From Candidatus Latescibacterota bacterium (GTDB lineage Bacteria > Latescibacterota > UBA2968 > UBA8231): a stretch of 64,000 bases of DNA. Below are positions 10,896 to 21,626 of this stretch, in pieces. The number at the start of each line of letters is the position of its first letter. Position 1 is the stretch's first letter. Position numbers and translations under genes: made by a program. The DNA is taken from contig OZ241362.1 of NCBI GenBank assembly GCA_965200315.1, positions 1,888,001-1,952,000 of the forward strand, given 5' to 3'. A model generated the notes under the pieces. The model did no database searches and was not told where the DNA came from. It was given only the letters and a program-made list of their open reading frames with translations.

Positions 10896-12796
10896 GGCCG
10901 GTACCCGCCTCCCATCTCGCCCTGCCCCAGCGCGACCGCGGCCCACAACAGCCGCATTGCGATTTCGCCGCAAATCATTCCCAGGAAAAACGGCATGACC
11001 CGCCGATAGGTCTGTGCCCCGCCGTAGCGCACTGCCAGCCACTTGCACAACCAGCCGCACAACACCGCCCCCCACACCAGCCAGCCAAAACCCGTGCCAA
11101 ACACAAAGCCCATCGGATGCAAGGGCCAGCGGAGAAAGTGCTGGCGCATCAACGCCAAGAAATAGGTACAGCCCGCCCCAACCGCGTGAAATCCCAAGCG
11201 CACCCAGTCCGTGCCCCCAGCCACCGTGCCCGCGTCTTTGAACAAGTAGTTGTAGTAGCGGCCAATGCGCGCCTCAGACCGTGCGCCGCCCTGTTCCTGC
11301 AAGGCAAACAGCCCGTGCTCGTAGATCGTTTCCAATGAAAACACGTAGCCAGCCCCCAGCCCAACGGCCAACCCCAAAGCCATCCCCCAAATCAAGCGGC
11401 GCGGAGACACTCCGTGGATCTCGGCCAACTTCAGCCCCTCAAATTGCAGGGCGGGCCAGAGCCCAATCATCGTAAAGCCAAACACCGCCAAAAAACCAAA
11501 GCCCATGTAGGTCTCATCGGCAAAATGCCCAGCACCGGTTCCCAAGACCACGAAGAACAGGTAGCCCACAATCTGCGGCATCCCCACAATGGGCAACCCG
11601 CCGTCGATCCGCAGCCGCGCAAACGTCAACGCCAACAGCAACACCAGCACCAGCGCCGCAATGCCCATCAGCGGCGGTACCCCCAAAGCCGTAGTCCACG
11701 CCCACAGCACCAGCAGCCCGACCACCAGCCCCCACGTCGCCGGACTGCGCCAAGAGATCGCCGCCGCCAAGGCCCGCCGCGCCGACCACAGACTAAACAA
11801 CCCCAAAAAAAGCAAGCCGCCGCGCGCCTGCGTCATAAAAAAAGGAAAGTGACTGGGCCAATCTAGCCACGGCGATCCGTGCCCAGGGATGAAGTCGCCG
11901 CGATATTCCGAGCGCCCGAGGAAATGGGCCACCAGCAATTGTACGCGGGTGAGCAGATAGAAAAACCACGTGCTGAACGACACTTCCACGGGTGCCAGAA
12001 ACGCCGCGCCCACCAACAGGGGGACAAACTCAAAGTGGAACGGAGATTCAAAAGGGGCCATGGCTTTCCACGGATCGTCGAGGAGGAAATGCGCCATGTT
12101 CAAGCTCGTGGTGATCTCGGGCACTCGCGGCATGTAGTGGTGCCAGCCATTGATCCCCAACAGCACACCCGGCACCAACGCACCCCACCAAAACAGCCGC
12201 TGGCCAAACAGGTCTCCGGCAATGAGGGCGCGGGGTACTTCCAACAGCGGAAATCCCAAGCGCTCGGTCTCCAGCCAGCGCTGCCGCAAAAGCCACACCA
12301 AGCAAAAGCAGGTGAGAAAGAACGCGCCGAAAAACGCAGTCCACATGGCCAATGGCCACAGCCACGCCCCCCAAGGCACGGCCGCGCCACCTTCAAACGC
12401 CCCGATGGCCGGTGCCTCATTCGGGCCGCCCGGCACCAGCCAATCCGGGACGACTTTTAGGAAGCGATAATAGGGGCCGGTCGGTTGGGCAAAGCCTCCG
12501 TAGAAACCCGTCACTAAACCCGGCAGAAAGCGGTGCATCAGGCCAGAAGCAGTCGCCGACACCCCGATGACTAACGAGGCGTAAAGTACCGCGCGATCCC
12601 CCGGGCCGAGCAAGCGGCGCATTAAGGTAACGGCTGCCAAAGCCCCTATTGGCACGGCGAAAAAGACCTGCGCCCCCGGCATACTCCCGGCCCCGGCCAA
12701 ATACGGGCCGTTGTACAGCAACTCGACGCGCTGGAGCAACCACCCGCTCGCAACCGTAATGCCGACGATGAGCGCGGCTAAGCGCAGTGCGGCCAT
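10892..12796 (-). CDS. DUF6785/DUF6784-type polytopic membrane protein (paralog 1)
   Basis: PWGAWLWPL, RQRWLETERLGFPL, WPLHPMG, PFFLGMICG signature segments. Confidence 0.75.
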   Translation of the reverse strand: MAALRLAALIVGITVASGWLLQRVELLYNGPYLAGAGSMPGAQVFFAVPIGALAAVTLMRRLLGPGDRAVLYASLVIGVSATASGLMHRFLPGLVTGFYGGFAQPTGPYYRFLKVVPDWLVPGGPNEAPAIGAFEGGAAVPWGAWLWPLAMWTAFFGAFFLTCFCLVWLLRQRWLETERLGFPLLEVPRALIAGDLFGQRLFWWGALVPGVLLGINGWHHYMPRVPEITTSLNMAHFLLDDPWKAMAPFESPFHFEFVPLLVGAAFLAPVEVSFSTWFFYLLTRVQLLVAHFLGRSEYRGDFIPGHGSPWLDWPSHFPFFMTQARGGLLFLGLFSLWSARRALAAAISWRSPATWGLVVGLLVLWAWTTALGVPPLMGIAALVLVLLLALTFARLRIDGGLPIVGMPQIVGYLFFVVLGTGAGHFADETYMGFGFLAVFGFTMIGLWPALQFEGLKLAEIHGVSPRRLIWGMALGLAVGLGAGYVFSLETIYEHGLFALQEQGGARSEARIGRYYNYLFKDAGTVAGGTDWVRLGFHAVGAGCTYFLALMRQHFLRWPLHPMGFVFGTGFGWLVWGAVLCGWLCKWLAVRYGGAQTYRRVMPFFLGMICGEIAMRLLWAAVALGQGEMGGGYRP

Positions 12797-12855
12797 CTCG
12801 TAAATCTTTCTACCATTCCTTGCGTTGTCCTAGTAGCCACTTTAGAGCATCTCAT

Positions 12856-12883
12856 ATTGACTTAGAGGGCTTGGTATTCTACC
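12856..12883 (+). repeat. 28-bp direct repeat, copy A (promoter-like)
   Basis: ATTGACTTAGAGGGCTTGGTATTCTACC; near-identical to 14012-14038. Confidence 0.7.
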
Positions 12884-13060
12884 CATAAGAAACCACGCCA
12901 GAAAGCCTCACTAGGGCTTTAGGGCTGTCCTCAAGATCGGCTTACTTGACCTTTGCGAAAAGAGGCCATTGTGCATTGGGCGACCTAACTGATGCTGAGG
13001 GCAACGCGGTACGAGGGTGAATTCGCAGTACGCAAAATATCCCAAAAGTAGGAGAATCCC

Positions 13061-13894
13061 ATGAGCGTGAAATCCGTTTATATGATGACCGATTTGGAAG
13101 GCGTGGCCGGTGTCGATGATTGGGACCCGAGGCACCGGGACGATGCGACAACGGCAAAAGGCGTGTACGACCGCGCCGAGATGCAGCGCTTGTTGACCGG
13201 AGAAGTCAATGCCGCGGCCGCAGGCTTATTGGCAGCAGGTGTCGAAGAAGTCATCATCAATGACGCGCATGGGGCCGGGCGCACGATTTTGTCCGAAGAA
13301 TTGATCTCAGGCGTAAAACTGGTCCAAGGCGTCGAGCGGCCGTGCTGGTTGCCGGGCTTATCGCCTAAATTTGACGCCTTGATCCAAGTGGGCATGCATG
13401 CAATGACCGGCACCCCCAACGGATGCCTCGCCCATTCGATGAGCCACAACATGGTCTATCGAGTCAATGATGTAGAAGTCGGCGAGATGGAAATGGCGGC
13501 GTATTTGTGTGGTCATCTAGGCATTCCTTGGGTCTTTACAGCGGGCGATCTGCACGCCTGTACCGAATCCGAGCGCTGGGTCCGCGGCATTGTCACAGCA
13601 CCTGTAAAAGAAGGGCTGGGAGAATTATGTGCCCTGCACATGGCACCAACAGACGCACGTGCCTTGATTAAGACGCGCGTACAAGAAGCCATCGCGGTCG
13701 CCAAAAACATCGAACCACTCGTTGCAAAACGTCCGGTGGTGATGGAGGTAATGCACCCCGACCCCAAGCGTCTTTCCGTGTCAGAAGGGGTTGAGCACGT
13801 AGATGACGTTACGATTCGCTGCAAAGGCACCTCCTTCTGGCAGGTGTTTCACAACATGGTCTATGGCCAGCCCGATTTTCCGGTTCCCGCGTAA
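13061..13894 (+). CDS. dppA: M55 family D-aminopeptidase
   Basis: TDLEGVAG, INDAHGAG, GMHAMTG, LAHSM, GEMEM, AGD, VKEGLG motifs; AGGAG SD. Confidence 0.85.
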   Translation: MSVKSVYMMTDLEGVAGVDDWDPRHRDDATTAKGVYDRAEMQRLLTGEVNAAAAGLLAAGVEEVIINDAHGAGRTILSEELISGVKLVQGVERPCWLPGLSPKFDALIQVGMHAMTGTPNGCLAHSMSHNMVYRVNDVEVGEMEMAAYLCGHLGIPWVFTAGDLHACTESERWVRGIVTAPVKEGLGELCALHMAPTDARALIKTRVQEAIAVAKNIEPLVAKRPVVMEVMHPDPKRLSVSEGVEHVDDVTIRCKGTSFWQVFHNMVYGQPDFPVPA

Positions 13895-14011
13895 CAGACC
13901 GGGTGACGTTGGGTGCCAATTTCTTAATTTCGCTCGTACATGGCTCCGAGCATGGTGTTGTCCTCGGATGCCAGACCTTTGAGACTTTAGACTATCCCAA
14001 GAAGCTCTATC

Positions 14012-14038
14012 ATTGACTTAGGGACTTGGTATTCTACC
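14012..14038 (+). repeat. 27-bp direct repeat, copy B (promoter-like)
   Basis: ATTGACTTAGGGACTTGGTATTCTACC. Confidence 0.7.
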
Positions 14039-14131
14039 TTACATCAGACAAGGGAATCGAACAAATAATAAAGCGGCCTCATACTGATCTAAATTAAGAA
14101 TATTCTTCTTCCGAAGGGAGCGAAACACACC

Positions 14132-17100
14132 ATGAATCAAGACCTCGAAGCACTGATTGAAGAGCACGCCAAGATCATGGCCGACCAGATGGTGAAGGCC
14201 GCTGCATGGGCAGGATCGGAAGAAGACATTCGCCATGCCTGCAATACGCTTATCGACGAGTTCATCAAGAAAGCGGGGTTGACCGTCGAAGGTCGCCATG
14301 AATATGGCTTAGCGGGCGGGCGTATTGACTCGAAATACGGCGGCGTGGTCATCGAGTACAAAGATCCGAAGGGTGCCGGAAAAATTACAGAGGATAATAA
14401 CGCGCCGGGAGTCAAAGCCGTCGTCGAACAGCTCAAAAAGCGGTTCCGGGACTTTCAGGCAAAAGAGCACGTCGGTATGGAGCGTATCCTTGGCGTGGGC
14501 TGCGATAGGCGACACGATCATCTTTGTACGGAAGCGCGGGGCCAAGCTCGACGCCGAGGATCCGCAGCCGGTCACGCCGCATACGATCCAACGCCTGCTT
14601 CGAGTTATAGTCTCGCTAGGCGCACAAGGATGTTCCTTCACCCCTGAGAACCTAGCCGCCTATTTTGGTTCCGAAGGCCAGAGCGCACAAGGGGGTGTCC
14701 AGCGAATGTATGCCCTAATCCACGCAACCGATAGCCCCAAGGCTCAGACGTTTTTCCGCCAATGGCAGATTCTCTTTGGCGAAGTCTGTGGCTACGATAT
14801 TCATAGCCAAAGCCCCAAAATTGAGAAACTGGCCAAGCATTATTTTATATTCAACCCGGATCCAGCCGAACTCCTCTTCGCCGTCCACACGTATTATGCC
14901 CTATTAATGAAGATGCTGGCTGCTGAGATTGTTTCCTCCTTCTCGCCGTTGGGAACCTCAACTCTAAAGAAACTCGTTTCCGCGCCTACTTCGGCTAGCT
15001 TGAGGAGTGCATTGGAGAACCTCGAACAGGGCGGCATCTGGTCGCAACTCGGCATTCGCAACTTTCTCGAAGGCGATCTCTTCTCTTGGTATCTCGATGC
15101 TTGGAACGAAGATTGTGCGGACGCCGTCCGCACCATGACGCAGGCCCTCGACCAATTCGATCCGACCACTCTGAGCGTCGATCCCGCTGAGTCCCGTGAC
15201 TTGCTTAAGCAACTCTACCAACAACTCTTCCCCAAATCCGTCCGCCACGACCTTGGCGAATACTACACACCTGATTGGCTAGCCGAACTCGTGCTCGACG
15301 AACTCGGCTACGATGGCAACCCAGACAAGCGTTTGCTCGACCCTGCCTGTGGTTCGGGCACTTTTCTCATCATGGCACTGAATCGCGTCAAAACGTGGTA
15401 CGACGAACACCGCTACGAGTGCGGCTTTGGCGAAGACGAGCTTTTGCAGAAAATTTTGCGGAACATCATAGGCTTCGACCTAAATCCACTGGCCGTCATG
15501 GCGGCCCGCACCAACTACCTGATGGCCATCCGCGAGCTACGGCGTCATGCGGACAACATTGAATTACCCGTGTACCTGTGTGATTCGATCATGACGCCCT
15601 CAGAATACGGCGACGTTTTAATTGGAGGCTTGGGTAAGGTCCGGCAACTCAATACCAGTGCCGGTGATTTCAACATCCCTACGGAAGTCACGGAAAATCG
15701 CGAGTATATCGGCCGCTATGCTGATACGCTTGAGTTTTGCATCCGCAATGGGTACTCGCCCGAAGAGTTTCTCGACCGATGCAGGGCTGAAGCTCTCCCA
15801 GTGACAGAAGCCCTCCTCCATATAGCCCTCTATTCTTGTCTCCAGCAGCTCGACGCGGATAACAAAAACGGAGTCTGGGCGCGTATTATTAAAAATGCGT
15901 TCGCGCCTCTATTCATCGGCAAAGTGGACTATGTGGCTGGCAATCCGCCTTGGGTAAATTGGGAAAGTCTTCCTAGCGCCTATCGGGACGCCATGAAACC
16001 GCTCTGGCAGGAGTACAACCTTTTTACCCTGTCAGGAACGGCTGGTCGCTTAGGCGGAGGCAAGAAAGATATTTCCATGCTTTTCACATATACCTCAGTC
16101 GACAACTATCTGAAAAAGGACGGACGGCTCGGTTTTGTCATCACACAGAGTGTTTTCAAGACGCAGGGGGCGGGAGATGGTTTCAGACAACTCCGCTATA
16201 CGCAAGCTGAGACTAGCCAATCATGGTATCTAAAACCCCTTATGGTCCACGATCTGAGTGCCATACAGGTTTTTGAAGGTGCTACCAACCGCACTGCAGT
16301 CTTTATCTGCGAAAAGAAGAAGAAGCCCTTTCAGTATCCCGTGGAATATACAATATGGACCGGGGCGTCGCGTATTGCTCAAGATAAGACACTGGTAAAT
16401 GCCCATGCCGATACGACCCAACGCAGAATGGAAGCCATACCTATTATCGCTTCCAAAGGCTCATCCCCTTGGCTCACTGTGCCAAAGCAGGCACTTCCTG
16501 GCATTAAAAAAGTGATCGGAGTAAGCAATTACAAGGCACATGAAGGAGTGAACACGGGCGGCCTCAACGGATGTTTCTGGCTTCAAGTCTTAGAAAAGCG
16601 TCCGAATGGAGAGTTGGTAATCGAGAATCTGCACGACGTCGGTAAAATCGAGGTCAAACAGGTACAGGCCGTCATTGAGCCAGACCTTGTCTATCCTCTC
16701 CTGCGCGGTCAAGATGTCCACCGCTGGCAGGCCGATCCTTCGGCACACATTATTCTGGCCCAAGACCCTCAAACAAGAAAGGGTATTCCCGAGTCCGAAA
16801 TGAAGAGCCGCTGGCCGAAGACCTTCGCCTACTTAAAGCAGTTTGAAGGCGACCCCAATATATCCGAACGTGGTACGTTGCGGGGGAGGGCTACAAAAAC
16901 TGTACGCGGCCCTATTAAGAACGGTGCCCCTTTCTATTCTATGTTTGGAGTCGGATCTTACACAATGGCGGAATGGAAGGTTGTTTGGCCAGAAGTGGGG
17001 CACTCCGTCCGCGCAAGCGTGTCCGGCCCCTTAACAGTTAATAAGGTAAAACCCTCTTTGCCAGCTCATACAATCGTGGCTGTTTCTTGCAGTAGCGAAA

Positions 17101-17399
17101 GTGAGGCATATTTCATCGCCGGAATGCTCAATTCTTCACCTGCCTACGTAGCCGTTGCAGCTTATATTGTTCTACATCCATCTCCGCATATTATGAAGAA
17201 TATAGCTATCCCCCGGTTCAAAAAGGCAGATAACGACCATACACTACTAGCTGAACTCTCATACCAATGTCACGTTGCCACAAATAATGAGGGCCAACTT
17301 GCTGCATTAGAGGCTGATATTGACGAAGCAGCGGCCAAAATTTGGTGCATCACCGATACCGAACTGAAAGCAATCCAGAAAACCATGTCAGAGCTTTAG
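14132..17399 (+). CDS. type IIG restriction-modification enzyme (REase-N6 MTase-TRD); 1-nt frameshift at ~14507
   Basis: N-terminal GRIDSKYGGVVIEYK nuclease motif in ORF 14132; removing one base in TGC GAT A GGC GAC joins ORF 14325-17399 with GEYYTP, LDPACGSGTF, NPPW. Confidence 0.85.
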
Positions 17400-17424
17400 T
17401 AACTTCATCCGTAGAGGAGAACTC

Positions 17425-18014
17425 ATGGGTAATGACAGCAGCGATCCAATACTGTCTGAGCTAAAGACGGAAGCTGCCAAGCGAGCACGGAAGAGCTTTG
17501 AGCGTCAAGTTGAGGAACAGCAAAACAAAGAGCAGCAGATAGCCTTCAACATCCTAGTTTGGGGTATGGCACCCGACAGAGATGTGCCCATAGCCCAAAA
17601 ACGAAAAGACATTGGGAATCAGCTTATTGAAGACGGCCATAATGCTATGTTCAGCGAGGACCTAAGCCACCTCAAGATCCGGACCTTTCGGAAACGAGTA
17701 AGGAGTTTGCTCAGGCAAATGCTGCTGATTTCATTATCGTCCTTGTCGAAGGTTCGCCTAGTGCGCTGGCCGAAGTATGCGATTTCTGTGCTCGCCCAGC
17801 CTTGGCTACGAAGGTATATGTCATGGTGCCGGACGCCTACAAAACTAGCTATGTAGGCCAAGGGTCCCTGAAAGAATTGGACGAAGGATATGAGAGTGTT
17901 CATTGGTATCATCAAGGAGATGTCGAAGCCTGTAGCGTTTTGACCCAAGCCTGCAAGCGTGTAAGAGCACGGCGGAGCATGTCTTATCGTCCCCCACCAA
18001 GGAGGACGAACTGA
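17425..18014 (+). CDS. nucleoside 2-deoxyribosyltransferase-like protein; frameshift at ~17675
   Basis: Joined reading ...ILVWG...AMFSEDLSHLK/DPDLSETSKEFAQANAADFIIVLVEGSPSALAEVCDF...; resembles the NDT-type 'D.I.....S.G...E' core. Confidence 0.5.
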
Positions 18015-20972
18015 TGACTTACGAAGAAAAGATTGATTGGGAAGCAGCCTACGCGATGCAAGACAAGGAAACTATATTCCTCTTGTACACCGTGTCGGAG
18101 GGCCTCTGTCAGTATGTCAGCGACTTCTCTACGCATTTCAAGGGAGCGGTTGAAGAAAATGTTCAAAGGCTTATCACGGCTGGCTTTTTGGAGGAGTCCG
18201 ATGGACGCTTGGCCGTTACCGAAAGAGGACGTTTCGTATTGGGTGATTTTGCTAAAGCTGCCCAGAGAATAGAACTCAAAAACAAATCATGGGTGGTCAG
18301 CACAAGCCCTCTACACGCAGATAACGGCATCGGCGTAGTCCGGGAGATTCGTGGAGAACAAGTCAAGGTGGAGTTTCGTGCGAGAATTTTCTCAAAGCCT
18401 CCCTACTTGACCATATCCCGTACCCTCAATGCCAACGAACTTCGCGCAATCAAATCGCCGTCGGAACGGTTACAGGACGGCGAATTCGACGAACCGTGGT
18501 GTTTCGACCTGCGTACACGGGCAGCGGAATTGCTTATATACAACCGCGATGGACAATTAGGCGATGCGCGGACAGACTTGTTGCCGCATCAAATCAGCAT
18601 AGCACATAAGGTGGTTTCCAGCCCGCGGCGACGCTACTTGATCGCGGACGAAGTGGGGCTAGGCAAAACAGTCGAAGCCGGGATGATTCTCTATGCGTTG
18701 CGGCAGCGGGACCAGGCGCAACGGGTGTTGATCGTGCCGCCGGCGGGCCTGACGCTGCAATGGCAGGAAGAAATGGAGGACAAGTTCGGCCTGAAGTTCG
18801 CTGTGTACCGTGAGGATGTGGATGGACCACTAGCCTTTGACCAGATGAATTATCTGATTGCGTCGATGGATACGCTGAAGCTAGACCGTCCTCTGAAGGA
18901 TGGACGTCGTGAAGGTCATAAGACGCTATTACTTGGTTCCCGCGATTGGGATGTAGTTATATTCGACGAGGCGCATAAGCTCTCGGCGAAGACGTGGTCT
19001 CCGCAGAAGACAGATAGGACACAGAACTATCGTTTGGCGGAAGACCTAAAGGAACGCTGCCGAGCACTGATACTATTAACAGCGACGCCGCATCAGGGTG
19101 ATGAGTCAAAATTCCAAAATTTGGTATCTCTGTTACATCCCCACGTAACCTTCAAGGAATTTCTGATACGAGAGGATAAGAACAGATCAATACCCTTCAC
19201 AGACCTCATACTCCGAAACCGTAAGAGTAAAGTGACCGATGCAGAAGGCAACCTGATCTTCAAAGGCATGGATATTCATCCGGTACGCGTCGATCTTTTG
19301 GGCAACGGGGAAAAGCAGTTCCACGAGGCATTGGAATCCTACCTTCGAAAGGGCTATGGCTTCGCGGATCAAGACCCAAGCGACACGCAGCACAAAGCCA
19401 TTGGATTCGTCATGACGACATTCCAGAAATTGGCGGCGAGCAGTACACGGGCCATCAAGGACGCACTCAAAAAGCGCGTTGCGAACCTTCGGAATACTGC
19501 TAAAGAGAAGGAACCCGGAGACAAAACCGAATACGACACACGGTACGAAGGTGAATTCGAGGCACAGAAGACTGAACAATTTCGCCAAGTGTTCATTGAG
19601 AAGGAAGTTGAGATGCTGGAAGAGCTAATTGCTATGGACGTGCCCGGCGATGCCAAGCAGAACGAACTATCGGAGGTAATCGAGTCTGTAAGCAACGAAG
19701 ATTCAGACCAACTGGTGCTGGTATTTACAGAGTACTTGGCGACTCAAGACGTTCTCGTAGAATTCTTGGAGAGGGCTTATGGGGAAGGCTGCACCGCGAT
19801 AATTCGCGGTGGGATGTCGATGTGGAATAAAAAGAAAAGTATCGCTGAGTTCCGCGACAATCCGAAAGTACGTTTTCTAGTATCCACGGAAGCGGGTGGC
19901 GAAGGCATCAACCTCCAGTTCGCTCACGTGATGATTAACTATGACTTGCCCTGGAATCCATTCCGACTAGCTCAGCGGTACGGACGACTCTATCGCTACG
20001 GTCAGACTAAACGAGTGCAAGTCTTCAATTTCCAAAACGCGGGAACCATTGAGGATAAGGTTCGCAAGTATTCTGGAACAGAAGACACAGACCGCCGCCA
20101 CCCGGCTGTCAGACGTGACCGGAGAGTCTTCCAAAGAAATCGAAGAAGGATTGCTCGGTCTGTTCGACGAGCATCTAAATTATGAAAAAATTTATCGAGA
20201 GGGCTTGGCCAAGGGCAATATCAAGCCTTCGCAAGAGGAAATCGACAAAGCCGCCAAGAAGGCCGAAGAATCTTATAAGATCGCCTATGCTAGTCTGTTT
20301 AGCAAAGACATTGCCCCCTTCAATCCCGAACACTTTAAGCATGAAGTACAGAGTCCTCTCACTCTTGAAGACGTGAAAGCATTCGTCCTGAAGTTTGTCA
20401 ATCGAGAAGGTCGCAAAGTAATCGAATCCGACGACGGGACATTTGAGTTTCCCTTACCGGATAGCCTGAGCGAGGAAGAGGGGCTGGATCGACGCTACAA
20501 GAAGGTAACTTTCGGTAGAGCAACAGCCATCCGTAACTCTGAAGCAGAGTTTATGGCGATTGGGCACCCGTTCACGAACGCGGTACTAAAATATTGTGGA
20601 TCTGTTGACTTTGGTGGCTTAGCGTGTTCAAAAGTGGTCCGGCACTCATCATTGCCATCTGGCAATGGTACGCTCTTCAACTTCACTGTGAAGGTTTTAA
20701 AAGAGACCCAAGATGATGAGAGCATCTTCTTCAAATTCCTCCCTATATTTGTGTACGGTAATGGAACGGTTGGTTCAGAGGAGACTACGCAGGCAATCGT
20801 TTCGGCGTTAGCCGAGGCTAAGATGACGTCAAAAAAGGAAGCTTTGCCCCTTGAGGGTGCTGAGGCTCTATTCGAGAAAGCCAAAGACCAAGTGTTCACT
20901 CAATGCGCCCAGTACGATCCTTGGGATGATGATATATTCTGCCTGAATGCCCTTCGTGTCGAAGTGGTCTGA
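18014..20972 (+). CDS. SNF2/RapA-like helicase; frameshift at ~20073
   Basis: LLPHQ, LIADEVGLGKT, DEAH, LTATPHQG, STEAGGEGINLQ, YDLPWNP, QRYGRLYRYGQ; AAG TAT T CTG GAA joins ORF 20049-20972. Confidence 0.88.
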
Positions 20973-21045
20973 CAACAATTGAGAATATTCCTCGAATCAA
21001 AAGTTTCAATGCCAAGTAGAACGCCAAACGACAAGCGTTTAGGGA

Positions 21046-21375
21046 ACGGCCTCCCAAGAAATCGGAATCCTCGCCCACGTCCGACGCACTGCTGCTCAAC
21101 GCGTACTTTTTTTTCCTCATGCAGTGCGCCAGATGGCACGACCAGACAGGACGATTGCGCCAAACGAGATTAGAACTGTTGTCATGCAAGGCGATCTAAT
21201 CGAGGATTACCCCGAGGACGCACGCGGCCATAGCTGCCTACTGCACGGCCAAGGAGTTGACCAACGAGACATCCACGTAGTCTGTGCGCCCAAAGAGGAT
21301 TTTCTCGCAGTAATCACAGCGCACCTTCCCACAGAGGATGAGTGGGAGCAAGACTTACGGACAAGGAGGTCATAA
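21046..21375 (+). CDS. DUF4258-type putative toxin (apparent ACG start)
   Basis: HAVRQM...IEDYPEDARGHSCLL...IHVVCAPKEDFLAVITAH.P; frame open back to ACG 21046; TAATG overlap with next gene. Confidence 0.75.
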   Translation, partial: TASQEIGILAHVRRTAAQRVLFFPHAVRQMARPDRTIAPNEIRTVVMQGDLIEDYPEDARGHSCLLHGQGVDQRDIHVVCAPKEDFLAVITAHLPTEDEWEQDLRTRRS

Positions 21376-21587
21376 TGAACTGCATCCACTGTCATGGGCA
21401 GATGAAGCGCTCAAAGGCCCCCTTCCACATTGACCGCCATGGCTATCACTTGGTGTTCGACACAGTTCCGGCGTGGGTCTGTGACCAATGCGGTGAGGCG
21501 TACTTTGAGGGGCGCGAGGTCAATGCAATTCAGAGTGCCATTAAGGGGCTTGACCAACAGGCCCAGCAGCTTGTTGCGGACGCTTGA
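21375..21587 (+). CDS. YgiT/MqsA-type zinc-finger antitoxin
   Basis: MNCIHCHGQM...VPAWVCDQCGEAYF; AGGAGG SD. Confidence 0.85.
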   Translation: MNCIHCHGQMKRSKAPFHIDRHGYHLVFDTVPAWVCDQCGEAYFEGREVNAIQSAIKGLDQQAQQLVADA

Positions 21588-21626
21588 GAGACTCATCAAG
21601 CCGCGTCAGGGTGACGAATCGAGATG

